Positions 11,427 to 21,349 of a DNA stretch of 64,000 nucleotides are shown here, one piece after another. The notes under the pieces were generated by a model. The model was not told the DNA's origin. It was given only the letters and a program-made list of their open reading frames with translations, and did no database searches. The stretch is from IMG/VR virus record IMGVR_UViG_3300016476_001289; one strand, 5' to 3'. The position numbers and the translations under genes were made by a program. The stretch comes from a virus. The stretch's first letter is position 1. Each line of letters starts with the position of its first letter.

Positions 11427-11912
11427 TTACCAGTTAGCTCCCAACTTATTTCCCACACCCCAGGCTTTTCTTGCACCTTCTAATATGAGATTAAAAAACT
11501 CTTCAAAATTATATTCGAGCTTCTTTTTTCCCTTATCTATCGTATAAAATGGTTTTAGATTTTCAACTGACTTAATATCTTTTAAAGAATAATAATCACT
11601 ACTCTTTTTGTCATATTGCCAATCCATATATATTTTAGGTGTCACATCTTGTTGGTTTATCATAACAGAAACAAAATTATTGCCGTCTTCTATTATAGAA
11701 ACATTTGGCAGTTTCACATTCATATATAAACCTATTAAAGACCTAGTTGGATCTTGATACTCTTCAAATCCAATTTCTTGGATAAAAGATTTAAACAAGG
11801 TGTTTACTTTTTCTTCACCATAGTTTTTTACTATGTCTATATTAGACTTAGCTACTTTCTTTTTCACCTCAACACCATCTACCCCAATGATTTTAATTTC
11901 AGTGATACTCAT
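11427..11912 (-). CDS. Dispersed member of the expanded TEIK...IR.LW family
   Basis: MSITEIK...FIQEIGF...NFEEFFNLILEGARKAW. Confidence 0.75.
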   Translation of the reverse strand: MSITEIKIIGVDGVEVKKKVAKSNIDIVKNYGEEKVNTLFKSFIQEIGFEEYQDPTRSLIGLYMNVKLPNVSIIEDGNNFVSVMINQQDVTPKIYMDWQYDKKSSDYYSLKDIKSVENLKPFYTIDKGKKKLEYNFEEFFNLILEGARKAWGVGNKLGANW

Positions 11913-11924
11913 TTAAATCCTTTC

Positions 11925-12596
11925 TTAGAGAATGTTGTATTCAGTTAGTTTTTTAGCAATAATATCTTTTTGTCTTTGAGTGAATGACGCTTTAGGTCCA
12001 AATCTCTTAATCCCATCTAAGATACTTAAACTAAAATTATGAGTCCATTCATCACCTTTAGCTTGTGATGCTGAACATAAAGCATTTATCTTATTTTGAA
12101 ATTCTACTTGTTCTTCACTTAACACTTTCTTTACAGGTGTATATTTTTTATTCAACATACTTAACACCTTATCACTCAACACTTGACCATTACTTACTTT
12201 TTGTAAATTCTCTTTATAAAAATCACTCTTGTCCCAATCAGGAATTGATTGTATCTTAACACTCATTTCAATTTGATATTGTTGTAATTCTTCAGGTGTC
12301 ATGTGGATTTGTTTTTCATAGAAGTGCGTTTTAGCTTCATAGATAGCTTTCCAATGATTCACTACTTTAAAAGCTACATCGGAACTTTCAGGTAGCTTAG
12401 GAAAGTCTTTAGAATTTAAAACTCTATTTAAACTCTCAGACCATAAAACACTTGTGAATTTAATCACATTGTCACTTTGAATTGTGGTGTTTATCTTCAC
12501 ACTAACTTTAGGTGAAAGGTGAACGAGATACTCAGAACTTCTTTTAGTAAAAGTTAGAGTTAAAAAAGATTTTTCAAAATCATTACGAGTCATCAT
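11925..12596 (-). CDS. Hypothetical protein with C-terminal LSEKQ-like repeats
   Basis: WTHNFSLSILDGIKRFG...FTQRQ resembles repeats in 1557..2057. Confidence 0.7.
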   Translation of the reverse strand: MMTRNDFEKSFLTLTFTKRSSEYLVHLSPKVSVKINTTIQSDNVIKFTSVLWSESLNRVLNSKDFPKLPESSDVAFKVVNHWKAIYEAKTHFYEKQIHMTPEELQQYQIEMSVKIQSIPDWDKSDFYKENLQKVSNGQVLSDKVLSMLNKKYTPVKKVLSEEQVEFQNKINALCSASQAKGDEWTHNFSLSILDGIKRFGPKASFTQRQKDIIAKKLTEYNIL

Positions 12597-12646
12597 TTTA
12601 TTATTCCTTATGTTTATTTTTGTTTATAGATGAAGGGGTTCGCATA

Positions 12647-13033
12647 CTATGCAATAATTACAGGTGCATATTCCTTAATGAGTGATTCAAGTTGATCCCA
12701 ACTAAAATCTACCGTAGCAACTTCTTCCATACAATCTTCTACTGAATCTTCGGAATCTTCATCATAGGTTCTCACCATGATAAAAACTTCAATAGTATTA
12801 TCCTCAAGATCACAATAAATTTGAGCTTGTTGTGGGAGTCCAGTTTCAACTTCATCTTGCATATGATTTACAAAGATTGAGAAAAATGGTTCACCACCAT
12901 GTAAAGCACTATCTTCTAAGAGAAGATTATCATAACCTGATTTTTGAATTAGGTTAAGAGCAGTTTGAGCAACAACAGCTTGGCTACCAATAACAGGAGC
13001 GCCACTTAAATATCTTAAAACATGATCTTTCAT
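12647..13033 (-). CDS. Acidic hypothetical protein, tandem paralog of 13066..13443
   Basis: Shared LEDS.L..G...FSI.VN..Q..V..G.P..A.IYCDL. Confidence 0.8.
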   Translation of the reverse strand: MKDHVLRYLSGAPVIGSQAVVAQTALNLIQKSGYDNLLLEDSALHGGEPFFSIFVNHMQDEVETGLPQQAQIYCDLEDNTIEVFIMVRTYDEDSEDSVEDCMEEVATVDFSWDQLESLIKEYAPVIIA

Positions 13034-13065
13034 GTATAACTTCCTTTTTGGAATGGGGTTTTTGT

Positions 13066-13443
13066 TTAGAGATAGGTTTTTGAGGAATATTCAATGATAA
13101 GGTCTTCAAGTCTTTGCCATGTAAAATCATAAATGATCTCATCAGCATATTTAACATGAATGTCTTTTTCTTCATCAAAGGTTTCAGCCATTTGTGAAAT
13201 TCTAATTTGCTTATCTTCGGTGATTAAATCACAATAGATAATTGCATGAACAGGATAACCACTCTTCACTGTGTTTTGATTGAAATTTACGAGTATTGAA
13301 AATTCAGCGTGTCCATTGTATAGACTAGAATCTTCTAACTCAACATTGTGTAAATTCAAATCTTTTACAAGTGCTGTGATTTTGTTAAGCAATGCAGATT
13401 GCTTTGTATTTACAGGTTTTCCTAAAATTTTATTGATATACAT
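13066..13443 (-). CDS. Hypothetical protein, tandem paralog of 12647..13033
   Basis: Same motif plus C-terminal DF.W..LE.LI.EY. Confidence 0.8.
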   Translation of the reverse strand: MYINKILGKPVNTKQSALLNKITALVKDLNLHNVELEDSSLYNGHAEFSILVNFNQNTVKSGYPVHAIIYCDLITEDKQIRISQMAETFDEEKDIHVKYADEIIYDFTWQRLEDLIIEYSSKTYL

Positions 13444-13483
13444 TTAAATGCCTTTCTATGTGTTGTTAAAGTGTTGTTAAGGT

Positions 13484-14938
13484 TTATCCTCTTAAATTAT
13501 TGCCTCTTGGAATATAAACTACCTTATGCCCATTAGGAATATAAGTTTTAGTTCCTAAAGACCTATCCATTTTGTTAATTTCTTTTTCAGCTTTCTCTTG
13601 TAATTTATCGAGAGTGTCTGTGCTAAAATCACCTTGATCTAATTTTTGCTTAATTGATTCCACTAAATCTTTTTTGCTTCTAGATTGACCATTAGAAATT
13701 TTGTCCGATTTTTCCTCAGATTCTTTCATCTTATCATTTTTCTTATTATCATCCTTACCTTTACCCTTACCATCATCATCTTCATCATCCTCTTTACCAT
13801 CTTTACCATCCTTACCATCTTTACCATCCTTACCATCTTTACCATCTTCTTCATCATCACCTTCTTCTGAATCACCTTCACCTTCATCGCCTTTTTCTTC
13901 ATCATCATCTTCCCCTTCACCATTAGTTCCTTGACCATTACCTTGATTGCCACCAGGACCTTGAGGAGGACATTGAGTTTTATCATCACCAGGTTGTTGT
14001 GGTGGTTCTTGTTGTTGTTCATCAACAAGAGTCTTTAACTCAATTAGCAATTCAATAGCTGCTACCATTGGACAATGTAAAGTTCCATCAATATCATTAG
14101 AATTGATTTGATTCATTCTCACCAAAGGCATTAATGTATCTTGAACTAAATCCCATTCAGTTTTAAACTTGGTCTTATAAAACTTGAATCGTTCATCTAG
14201 GATAGGAGCGACATGGTTTTTACCAATGTCCCTCATCATCACAATGATGATGTTCAAAGAATCAGCTTTATCTAAACCTTCATTTTCTAATTCTAAAATA
14301 CATTTTTGAACATCAACGAATCTTTGTTTAGTAGGAGGATACATAACAGGCATCATGTTCTCTAAACGAATATCTGCAAAGAGATTTGAGAATTTAGCTA
14401 ATTGCTGAATATATGGATCAAAATATGAATTTTTAAGGTTTGGATTTTGAACATAATCAAAACTATTGACTAGCTTTTTGAGTGATTTTACAATAGGTTC
14501 AAAGAAACCCTTAGGGGTCATTTTATTTGCTTTATCACAAAGAATATGTCCTAATTCATGTTCTGCACCACCTAAACCTACTGACTTATTTGCGCCCATA
14601 GAAAAGAGTGCTGCAACAGGATCAGGTAAATACAAAATAATATCTTCCTTAGCATTTTCTACTTTGGAAATTTCATTTTGTGCGTGTCTTGTGTAATCAT
14701 CTACAATTTGAGAATCACTTGTCTTGAGAAAATACTCAAATCTCTTATTTTTCAAAAATGACATAACAAGGCTATTACAAGTTGTCGCTCTTACTGCGAA
14801 TCCTGTGCCACCACGAACGACCTTTACATTGTTTTGAGTGCAAAGACCAATGAATGCGCCTTCACCCATTCTCATGGGATCATTTTGAAGTGCAAACGCA
14901 ACGATTTTACTACGATCAGTATTACTTTGAGGTAGCAT
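13484..14938 (-). CDS. HExxH metallopeptidase-like protein with acidic low-complexity tail (CobT/vWA-partner N-terminal half)
   Basis: EHELGH and NLFADIRLE (cf. N..ED.RIE), G/D/E/K linker with in-frame 9-bp DGK repeats ~13792-13846; no vWA domain. Confidence 0.7.
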   Translation of the reverse strand: MLPQSNTDRSKIVAFALQNDPMRMGEGAFIGLCTQNNVKVVRGGTGFAVRATTCNSLVMSFLKNKRFEYFLKTSDSQIVDDYTRHAQNEISKVENAKEDIILYLPDPVAALFSMGANKSVGLGGAEHELGHILCDKANKMTPKGFFEPIVKSLKKLVNSFDYVQNPNLKNSYFDPYIQQLAKFSNLFADIRLENMMPVMYPPTKQRFVDVQKCILELENEGLDKADSLNIIIVMMRDIGKNHVAPILDERFKFYKTKFKTEWDLVQDTLMPLVRMNQINSNDIDGTLHCPMVAAIELLIELKTLVDEQQQEPPQQPGDDKTQCPPQGPGGNQGNGQGTNGEGEDDDEEKGDEGEGDSEEGDDEEDGKDGKDGKDGKDGKDGKEDDEDDDGKGKGKDDNKKNDKMKESEEKSDKISNGQSRSKKDLVESIKQKLDQGDFSTDTLDKLQEKAEKEINKMDRSLGTKTYIPNGHKVVYIPRGNNLRG

Positions 14939-15000
14939 ATATACTCCTGTATAGAGTTAAGGGTTTAACAAAAAAGAGATTTTTCATTCTCATGCTTAAC

Positions 15001-15370
15001 CTATGTTTTGAGTCAATTTTTTCAACGATTTTAAAATGTTTAGATATTTCAAACACTTACGAATTTCGCCTGCGGCGGATAATATGTAGAAATCTAGCCT
15101 AAGATAAAATGTAGAAATCTACCTATATATAGGTCTAAAAAGGGGGGTCCGCATCTACCCTAATACTGAATATATACTTAGTTATATATTAGTCTATTAT
15201 ATATAGAATTAGGGTGTATGCGGACCCTATATAATCAATATAACAATACTAGATTTCTACATAATATCTGAGCCTAGATTTCTACATTTTATGCGCCGCA
15301 GAGCGCACTGCTAAGTTATCAAAATTTCTTAACTTTTTTAAATCGTTGAAAAAAAAGACTCAAAATATAG
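15001..15370. repeat. Bidirectional hub (type II): ~370-bp quasi-palindrome between divergent operons
   Basis: Box A fwd 15084, 15109; box B ~15145 and inverted 15216; box A rev 15249, 15274; mirrored arms. Confidence 0.92.
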
Positions 15371-15405
15371 CGTGTATATAAGCTCAAAAAGAAAGGTTTT
15401 TGATT

Positions 15406-16104
15406 ATGAAAAAATACACTTATTCCGAATTAAGTGACAAAGCTAAACAAGTAGTTATTGAAGCTAATAGAGATTGCTTTGATTATGATTGGTGGGACGG
15501 GTCCTATGATCTTATTACTTGTACATTAGAAGATGAATTTGATCTTACTGCATCCATCGAAGAATTTGATGTATCTAGAGATTGCTATATTGAATTAGGA
15601 TTGAAAATAGATAGCATCTCTTCTTTTCTCAAAAAGAATCAAAAATATTTTGATAGAGAATCTTATCTCTTAATGACACATTTACCTTATTACAATATGT
15701 CTTTTAAGTATGAGTACTTTAAATATTGTGAAAGTAAAATTGATGGTGTTAAGAAAGATAGATGGATAGATAATTCAGGTTTTTTTGACACAGAACAATT
15801 TGATACTTGTGATTCTTGTGGTAAAGAAAAAGCATGGGAAGAAGATAGAGATTATGAAGAACAAGAATATTGTGATTGTTCTTATCCACTTGATATTATC
15901 AATCTAGATTTAGAAAAGCTATCAAGTTGTATAGCTGAAGTTTTAGAAGATGCTTCTAAAAGATCATATGAGATTTTATCCGGTGATTACGAGTATTATT
16001 CTTCCGATGAATATATATCGAATCAATTAGAAGAATGTGATGATCGTTTCTACACTGAGGACGGTGAAGAAGTAGAAAATGATGATGATGATGAAAATAA
16101 CTAA
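15406..16104 (+). CDS. Highly acidic phage-type protein
   Basis: Y.Y.ELSDKAK...DWWD...YEYYSSDE...FYTEDG pattern; start moved to ATG 15406. Confidence 0.75.
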   Translation: MKKYTYSELSDKAKQVVIEANRDCFDYDWWDGSYDLITCTLEDEFDLTASIEEFDVSRDCYIELGLKIDSISSFLKKNQKYFDRESYLLMTHLPYYNMSFKYEYFKYCESKIDGVKKDRWIDNSGFFDTEQFDTCDSCGKEKAWEEDRDYEEQEYCDCSYPLDIINLDLEKLSSCIAEVLEDASKRSYEILSGDYEYYSSDEYISNQLEECDDRFYTEDGEEVENDDDDENN

Positions 16105-16135
16105 ATGCGAACCCCCCATTAGAAAGGACTAAAAA

Positions 16136-16534
16136 ATGACTTTACTCATAAAAAAAGATAACAAAAAACAAGTGAATCGTGAGTCTATTATAGAATTTCA
16201 CAATAAATACTATGACACAAGATTTGATTCTTCACCTGAAGAAAGAGACCAAGAGATTCTTTTACTTTTGAATCAATTTTTCACTGAATGTAATATACCT
16301 AATATCTCTTATGATGGTAAATGGTCTTATGACAAATTGCGTTTTGAATATGACCGAGAGAATTTATATGGTTATGTATATGAATCTAAAGTCTTAGAAT
16401 ATTCTTTGAAAGATACTGAAAGTATTTTAATAGGTGGAACATTCCGTATAAATGATGGTATTCACCACACTCTTAAATCGTTCTTAGAATTACTTCTAAA
16501 AGATATAAGAAAAGTATGGAGTGATAATAAATGA
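16136..16534 (+). CDS. TEIK...IR.LW family, array member 1
   Basis: KKDNKK N-terminus, FFTE, DIRKVW. Confidence 0.75.
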   Translation: MTLLIKKDNKKQVNRESIIEFHNKYYDTRFDSSPEERDQEILLLLNQFFTECNIPNISYDGKWSYDKLRFEYDRENLYGYVYESKVLEYSLKDTESILIGGTFRINDGIHHTLKSFLELLLKDIRKVWSDNK

Positions 16535-16926
16535 AATTCACTTGTATTACAGATAAAAGAATATCCATACCTAATGATGAAATAGTGAAATACTATAATG
16601 AATGTGAAGACACCTATAAAATCTTAGAGAGTTTTTTTAGAGAAATAGGTTTTGAACTTTCTTTTGTGAGTCAACATATCAATAAAAGACATAATAGTAA
16701 AATGAGTATCATTACTATTCAAATAGATACTCTTCTAAAAATGCTTATCTTATATACTACAGGAAAAGAGAATTATGGCATCGATTACTATGATGATGCG
16801 GACCACCCCTTTATCATAAAGGGTATTAAATTAAACTTTGAAGAAGGATTAAACCAAATACTAAGAGTCATAAGAGAATTATGGCAGAAAGAGCAATTAA
16901 ATGCCTTACACAAAAATAGTAAATAA
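16531..16926 (+). CDS. TEIK...IR.LW family, member 2
   Basis: FFREIGF, NFEEGLNQILRVIRELW. Confidence 0.8.
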   Translation: MKFTCITDKRISIPNDEIVKYYNECEDTYKILESFFREIGFELSFVSQHINKRHNSKMSIITIQIDTLLKMLILYTTGKENYGIDYYDDADHPFIIKGIKLNFEEGLNQILRVIRELWQKEQLNALHKNSK

Positions 16927-17353
16927 AAGAAGAGTTTCTCTTACTGAAGAAGAGATTCAAAAGAACCAATGGTTTACTAAGGGAGGTGAAATGATTATGA
17001 CTTTCTTATTTGAAGTAGGATTCGTAATCGCTACACAAAAAGATATTTATGACTCTTTAGGTGAAAAAACAGATAATTTTGTAATTTACCAGCATCAAAA
17101 ACTACCTAATATGTCCTTAGCTCTACCTAGTATATATGGTGAGTCAAGTGATAAACTTATCTTCTATTATGAAGATAGGGAAGTTGCTAGATCAGGTTTA
17201 AGATTCTGTTTTGATCTAAGAGAAGTAGGCAAGTCTTGGAAGACTCCTTTTAGGACGGAAAAAGACTTAGACCTAAATTATGAAGATGGTTTTAACTATA
17301 TACTCAACACAATCCGTTCCATTTGGGAACTTAATCAAAGGAATAAAATATGA
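16901..17353 (+). CDS. TEIK...IR.LW family, member 3
   Basis: YTKIVNKRRV, NYEDGFNYILNTIRSIW. Confidence 0.8.
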   Translation: MPYTKIVNKRRVSLTEEEIQKNQWFTKGGEMIMTFLFEVGFVIATQKDIYDSLGEKTDNFVIYQHQKLPNMSLALPSIYGESSDKLIFYYEDREVARSGLRFCFDLREVGKSWKTPFRTEKDLDLNYEDGFNYILNTIRSIWELNQRNKI

Positions 17354-17799
17354 ACTACACTCAATTTAGATATGGTAAAAGAGTCGCCAATCCTGATGTT
17401 CAATGGATAGTCGAAGGCTTAAAACCAAATGGGACAAAAAGCTTAAAAAACTTAAAAGCTAATGGTACATTGGATTACTTTATAAATCATGTACTCCAGA
17501 TAATCCAAGAAATAGGATTTATAGAAAAATCTTATAATAAGCGATATGTAGGTGATGTCTGTCTTTCTCTCTATTTTTATGATGAATATATAGAATTTAT
17601 CCTATCTAAAGGTGAAGATAAATGTGTCATTAAGGTGGAAGAGTTTAAATCAACAAATCCCAAACTCACTGAGACTTGGGAAAAAACTAAAAATACTAAA
17701 AACCTTAGTGATTCTTATTCTTATCTTAATCAAGATTGTCAATACCGATTTATAGATACTCTTATACATAACACTAGAACCCTATGGGAGATAAAATAA
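17350..17799 (+). CDS. TEIK...IR.LW family, member 4
   Basis: KRVANP, QEIGF, FIDTLIHNTRTLW. Confidence 0.8.
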   Translation: MNYTQFRYGKRVANPDVQWIVEGLKPNGTKSLKNLKANGTLDYFINHVLQIIQEIGFIEKSYNKRYVGDVCLSLYFYDEYIEFILSKGEDKCVIKVEEFKSTNPKLTETWEKTKNTKNLSDSYSYLNQDCQYRFIDTLIHNTRTLWEIK

Positions 17800-17800
17800 A

Positions 17801-18211
17801 ATGAAATACACAGAAGTTAAATACAAGAAAAGAGTCGCCAATCCTAATGCTAAATGGGTATCTGATGCCTTACAATCTAGTGATATTTCATCTCATATAG
17901 AAGAGCTCTTATATGAAATGAAATTTGAAAAAAGAGATATTAACTACCATTTAGGTGATGTTCGTATTTCCTTCAGTATAAAGGATGAGTGTATATCTTT
18001 TTACCTAACTAAAAATGAAGGTGAAAGTAAAGAATTTTGTGCTCTTTCCTTACACGATTATAAGGGGAAACTTCCAATATATAAAATATATTGGGAAGAA
18101 AGTGAAAATATAAAGGGGTCTGAAAGAGACATTCCTCTTAATCTAGATTATCAACACCGATTTATAGATACCATTATAGAATGCACTCGAACCCTATGGA
18201 AGATAATATAA
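17801..18211 (+). CDS. TEIK...IR.LW family, member 5
   Basis: YTEVKYKKRVANP, FIDTIIECTRTLW. Confidence 0.8.
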   Translation: MKYTEVKYKKRVANPNAKWVSDALQSSDISSHIEELLYEMKFEKRDINYHLGDVRISFSIKDECISFYLTKNEGESKEFCALSLHDYKGKLPIYKIYWEESENIKGSERDIPLNLDYQHRFIDTIIECTRTLWKII

Positions 18212-18212
18212 A

Positions 18213-18593
18213 ATGAATTTAACACATATCGTAGATAATAAAAGAGTCGCTAAAGATAATAACTTCCTTTTTGAACAATTTAAACATACTTGGGGTGGAT
18301 GTTCTCTTCTTAAACTATTGGAAGAAGAACTTTCATTTAATAGAGTAGAGGAAGGTCATATTATGACCTTAACTCATAAGCAAATGCCCCACCTAGTTAT
18401 AAAATTGGAATATAAGGAAGGGATATTACATATCTATTATAAAGGTCGAATATTGGATACTATTAGGACAATGGGTGGGGGAGTTTATACTAAGTATAAA
18501 ATAAACAACAAGATCTCCCTCCCGTATAATAATTATGAAGAGACTTTCAACTTTATTATTAACAAAATCAGAAACCTATGGGAGTTAAAATGA
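18213..18593 (+). CDS. TEIK...IR.LW family, member 6
   Basis: DNKRVAKDNN, YEETFNFIINKIRNLW. Confidence 0.8.
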   Translation: MNLTHIVDNKRVAKDNNFLFEQFKHTWGGCSLLKLLEEELSFNRVEEGHIMTLTHKQMPHLVIKLEYKEGILHIYYKGRILDTIRTMGGGVYTKYKINNKISLPYNNYEETFNFIINKIRNLWELK

Positions 18594-19015
18594 TTACCTT
18601 AACTGAAATTAAAAACAAGAAAAGAATCGCACTAGATAATACAACTCTCACAGAAAAAACAAAGACTTATAGACTTGAAATTATTATTGACTTGTTTCTT
18701 AATGAGATAGGATTTGAGTCTGAAATAAGAGCAAATTCAAATAGACCGGGTTATGTTGAAGTCTATACTCATAAAAAAATCAATTATCTTGAAATAATAG
18801 GTGATGCGGAAAACCATAGTTTAATGTTAGTTAATACATCCACTAAAGACTCTTATACTATCCAATATTCTAAAATGGACTTTGACGAATATGATAAACT
18901 CTATCTTAAAGAAGTATTCCGCCCTTTCTTTGTAAAAGGTATAGGTTACTTTACCTTTGAAGAAGGTTTCAATTACATACTAACCACCATAAGAACCTTA
19001 TGGGAGATGAAATAA
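18590..19015 (+). CDS. TEIK...IR.LW family, member 7
   Basis: TEIKNKKRIA, FEEGFNYILTTIRTLW; start moved from 18578. Confidence 0.8.
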   Translation: MITLTEIKNKKRIALDNTTLTEKTKTYRLEIIIDLFLNEIGFESEIRANSNRPGYVEVYTHKKINYLEIIGDAENHSLMLVNTSTKDSYTIQYSKMDFDEYDKLYLKEVFRPFFVKGIGYFTFEEGFNYILTTIRTLWEMK

Positions 19016-19021
19016 AATAAA

Positions 19022-19396
19022 ATGAACTACACTGAAATTAAAGACAACAAAAGAATATCTAAAGATAACAACTTCCTTTTTGAACAATTTAAAAATCATG
19101 CCTTCCCTATGTCTGCTCTTAGCCTACTCTTTGAAGAACTTTCTTTTCTTGGAGACCCCTTAGGACGAAAAAGAGTTTTCACCCATAAGCAAATCCCCCA
19201 CTTAGTTATAAAAATAGACCTTAAGAAAAACCTCTTACTTATATTCCATAAAGGTAAGAAAACAGATACCCTTACAGGATTTACCACCACAGAACAATTT
19301 ACTAAATATAAAATAAACGACACCGACATCTTCACCTATGAAGAAACTTTCAACTTTATCATTAACAAAATCAGAACCCTATGGGGAAGTAACTAA
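19022..19396 (+). CDS. TEIK...IR.LW family, member 8
   Basis: YTEIKDNKRIS, YEETFNFIINKIRTLW. Confidence 0.8.
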   Translation: MNYTEIKDNKRISKDNNFLFEQFKNHAFPMSALSLLFEELSFLGDPLGRKRVFTHKQIPHLVIKIDLKKNLLLIFHKGKKTDTLTGFTTTEQFTKYKINDTDIFTYEETFNFIINKIRTLWGSN

Positions 19397-19397
19397 A

Positions 19398-19772
19398 ATG
19401 AAACTAACACATATTGTAGATAATAAAAGAGTCGCTAAGACTAACAACCTACTTCAAAACTCACTTAAATACAAAGACCCCTGCTCTTCTCTTATTACAC
19501 TTCTTGAAGAAGAATTAGAATTTACTATGATAGATGAATCTTACGATGAATATAAATTTACATATATACATAGTCGTATTCCACACCTACTTATTCAAGT
19601 AGACTATAATGAAGCAATCTTACATATCCTGTATAAAGGTGAAATTAAGCATACTATCAATGTAGGAGATGTTTCCCCTTACTATAAGATAGACGATTTT
19701 AATTCCCAAAACTATGAAGAAACTTTCAACTTTATCATTAACAAGATTAGAACCCTATGGGGAAGTAAATGA
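19398..19772 (+). CDS. TEIK...IR.LW family, member 9
   Basis: MKLTHIVDNKRVA (start moved from 19338), YEETFNFIINKIRTLW. Confidence 0.8.
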   Translation: MKLTHIVDNKRVAKTNNLLQNSLKYKDPCSSLITLLEEELEFTMIDESYDEYKFTYIHSRIPHLLIQVDYNEAILHILYKGEIKHTINVGDVSPYYKIDDFNSQNYEETFNFIINKIRTLWGSK

Positions 19773-20173
19773 AATACACTGAAATTAAAGACTCTAAAAG
19801 AATTGCTCTTACAGATATTAAATTCCTACCACATAATCTTTCTTATGATATGGATAACATAAAAATAACATTACATGAGATTTTATCTGAAATGAACTAT
19901 GTAAAATTTGGTGAATACAATTATAGACTAGGTGATAAAATTAACATCGTATTTGGTGCTTTTCATAATTCTATCTTCTTATCTATAGACAACAAAAAAA
20001 ACAATTACTATATCTCTGTTCTCTTCCAAGAAAATGGTATTAACAATATCACCATAGATAAAGACACTCACCTAAATTCTAAGAGTAGAATCTTATCTAA
20101 AAAGATAACTTCAGACTCTATGTTTATAGACGCTATTTTAGAATATACTCGTAAACTCTGGGATATGAAATAA
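19769..20173 (+). CDS. TEIK...IR.LW family, member 10
   Basis: YTEIKDSKRIA, FIDAILEYTRKLW. Confidence 0.8.
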   Translation: MKYTEIKDSKRIALTDIKFLPHNLSYDMDNIKITLHEILSEMNYVKFGEYNYRLGDKINIVFGAFHNSIFLSIDNKKNNYYISVLFQENGINNITIDKDTHLNSKSRILSKKITSDSMFIDAILEYTRKLWDMK

Positions 20174-20236
20174 TTTTTACCTAGACTTCTTATATACTAT
20201 AAGTATATATAGGTAACACTCATAAGAAAGAAATAC

Positions 20237-20611
20237 ATGAAACTCGTCACTAAACAAGGTAATAAAAAAGTGTCTATTCCTAATGATGATATCCTTAGGG
20301 AATTTGAACTCTTTGAAACACACCAACTTTTAAATTACTTTTTCAGAGAAATTAAATTCGATCTTTATAACTTTAACTATAAAGATAATGACATCCCTAT
20401 TACGATAAGAAAACATAGAGGTATGTTTAATATTGAAATTCATGTAGATGAAGGATCAAAGATGGTTTATATATATGCTAAAAACCAATTAGATACTATT
20501 CTAGTATATACTAATGATATGGATAATCCTTTTAAAATTAACGACACTTATTATAACTACGAAAATGGGTTTAACTTCATTCTCAATAAAATAAGAGAAA
20601 TTTGGCTCTAA
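20237..20611 (+). CDS. TEIK...IR.LW family, member 11
   Basis: SIPNDDI, FFREIKF, YENGFNFILNKIREIW. Confidence 0.8.
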   Translation: MKLVTKQGNKKVSIPNDDILREFELFETHQLLNYFFREIKFDLYNFNYKDNDIPITIRKHRGMFNIEIHVDEGSKMVYIYAKNQLDTILVYTNDMDNPFKINDTYYNYENGFNFILNKIREIWL

Positions 20612-20802
20612 GGCTTCATATATACATTATTCTCATTTATCCAATGAGGCTTGATAAGACACCTTGCTACATATAAAGCTATTATATCTCTATTTACACC
20701 TGTAAGATAAGAACAATGTCCTATTTTAGGTGTACTACTAAAACAAATCACCCATGAAGTATTTGTTCTTACTACATTACTGTCTAATACAAAATAAACC
20801 AT
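20608..20802 (-). CDS. Dispersed member of the small RSLPK..W.N family
   Basis: IALYVARCLIKPHWINENNVY matches the 25.5-27 kb array. Confidence 0.7.
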   Translation of the reverse strand: MVYFVLDSNVVRTNTSWVICFSSTPKIGHCSYLTGVNRDIIALYVARCLIKPHWINENNVYMKP

Positions 20803-21012
20803 TCATTCATCGCTTTCTATTATAGACCTTACAAACCAAGTAATTTTATAAAATATCACTTCTATCCTTAGAAAAAAGGATAAAACCCAACTTGGTTCTA
20901 AAGCCACTGCTATCTTTGACATCATATCAAATTGCTCAGATGTTAAATCTTCTGGCGCTTTATATGACACTTTACCATTTTCATCTATGGTGAGTATAAA
21001 TCGTTTTTCCAT
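20803..21012 (-). CDS. Small EPSW-family protein
   Basis: FILTIDENGKVS..APED...EPSWVLSFFLRIE.IFYK. Confidence 0.7.
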   Translation of the reverse strand: MEKRFILTIDENGKVSYKAPEDLTSEQFDMMSKIAVALEPSWVLSFFLRIEVIFYKITWFVRSIIESDE

Positions 21013-21067
21013 TTTCGACTCCTTTTACATATATTATATTATAATATATATATGAAAGGACACCACT

Positions 21068-21346
21068 ATGACTAAATACCTACTTACCCTATCTCTCTTT
21101 ATCTTCTCTTGTGAAACCCCTATTACAAAACAAGAACTTTCCCTTATTGAGAAACATAAATCTCTAAGACTCAAATACCATAAACTTATGGGACACCACC
21201 TACAAGAGAATTTAACCCTCGATACTTCTAACCCTGAAGAAAAAGAACTTAGCCTCGTTCATATTGAACTCGCTAAAGAATATGCTAAACTCTATCTTAA
21301 AGAAGATGGGATCATTAAACTTCTCGAAGAAGAAAGCACACCCTAA
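21068..21346 (+). CDS. Putative small lipoprotein
   Basis: MTKYLLTLSLFIFS-C lipobox-like. Confidence 0.6.
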   Translation: MTKYLLTLSLFIFSCETPITKQELSLIEKHKSLRLKYHKLMGHHLQENLTLDTSNPEEKELSLVHIELAKEYAKLYLKEDGIIKLLEEESTP

Positions 21347-21349
21347 TCC

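Noticed and set aside
13685-14028. Alternative-frame ORFs over the DGK repeat
   Set aside because: Low-complexity artefacts of the 9-bp repeat inside 13484..14938.
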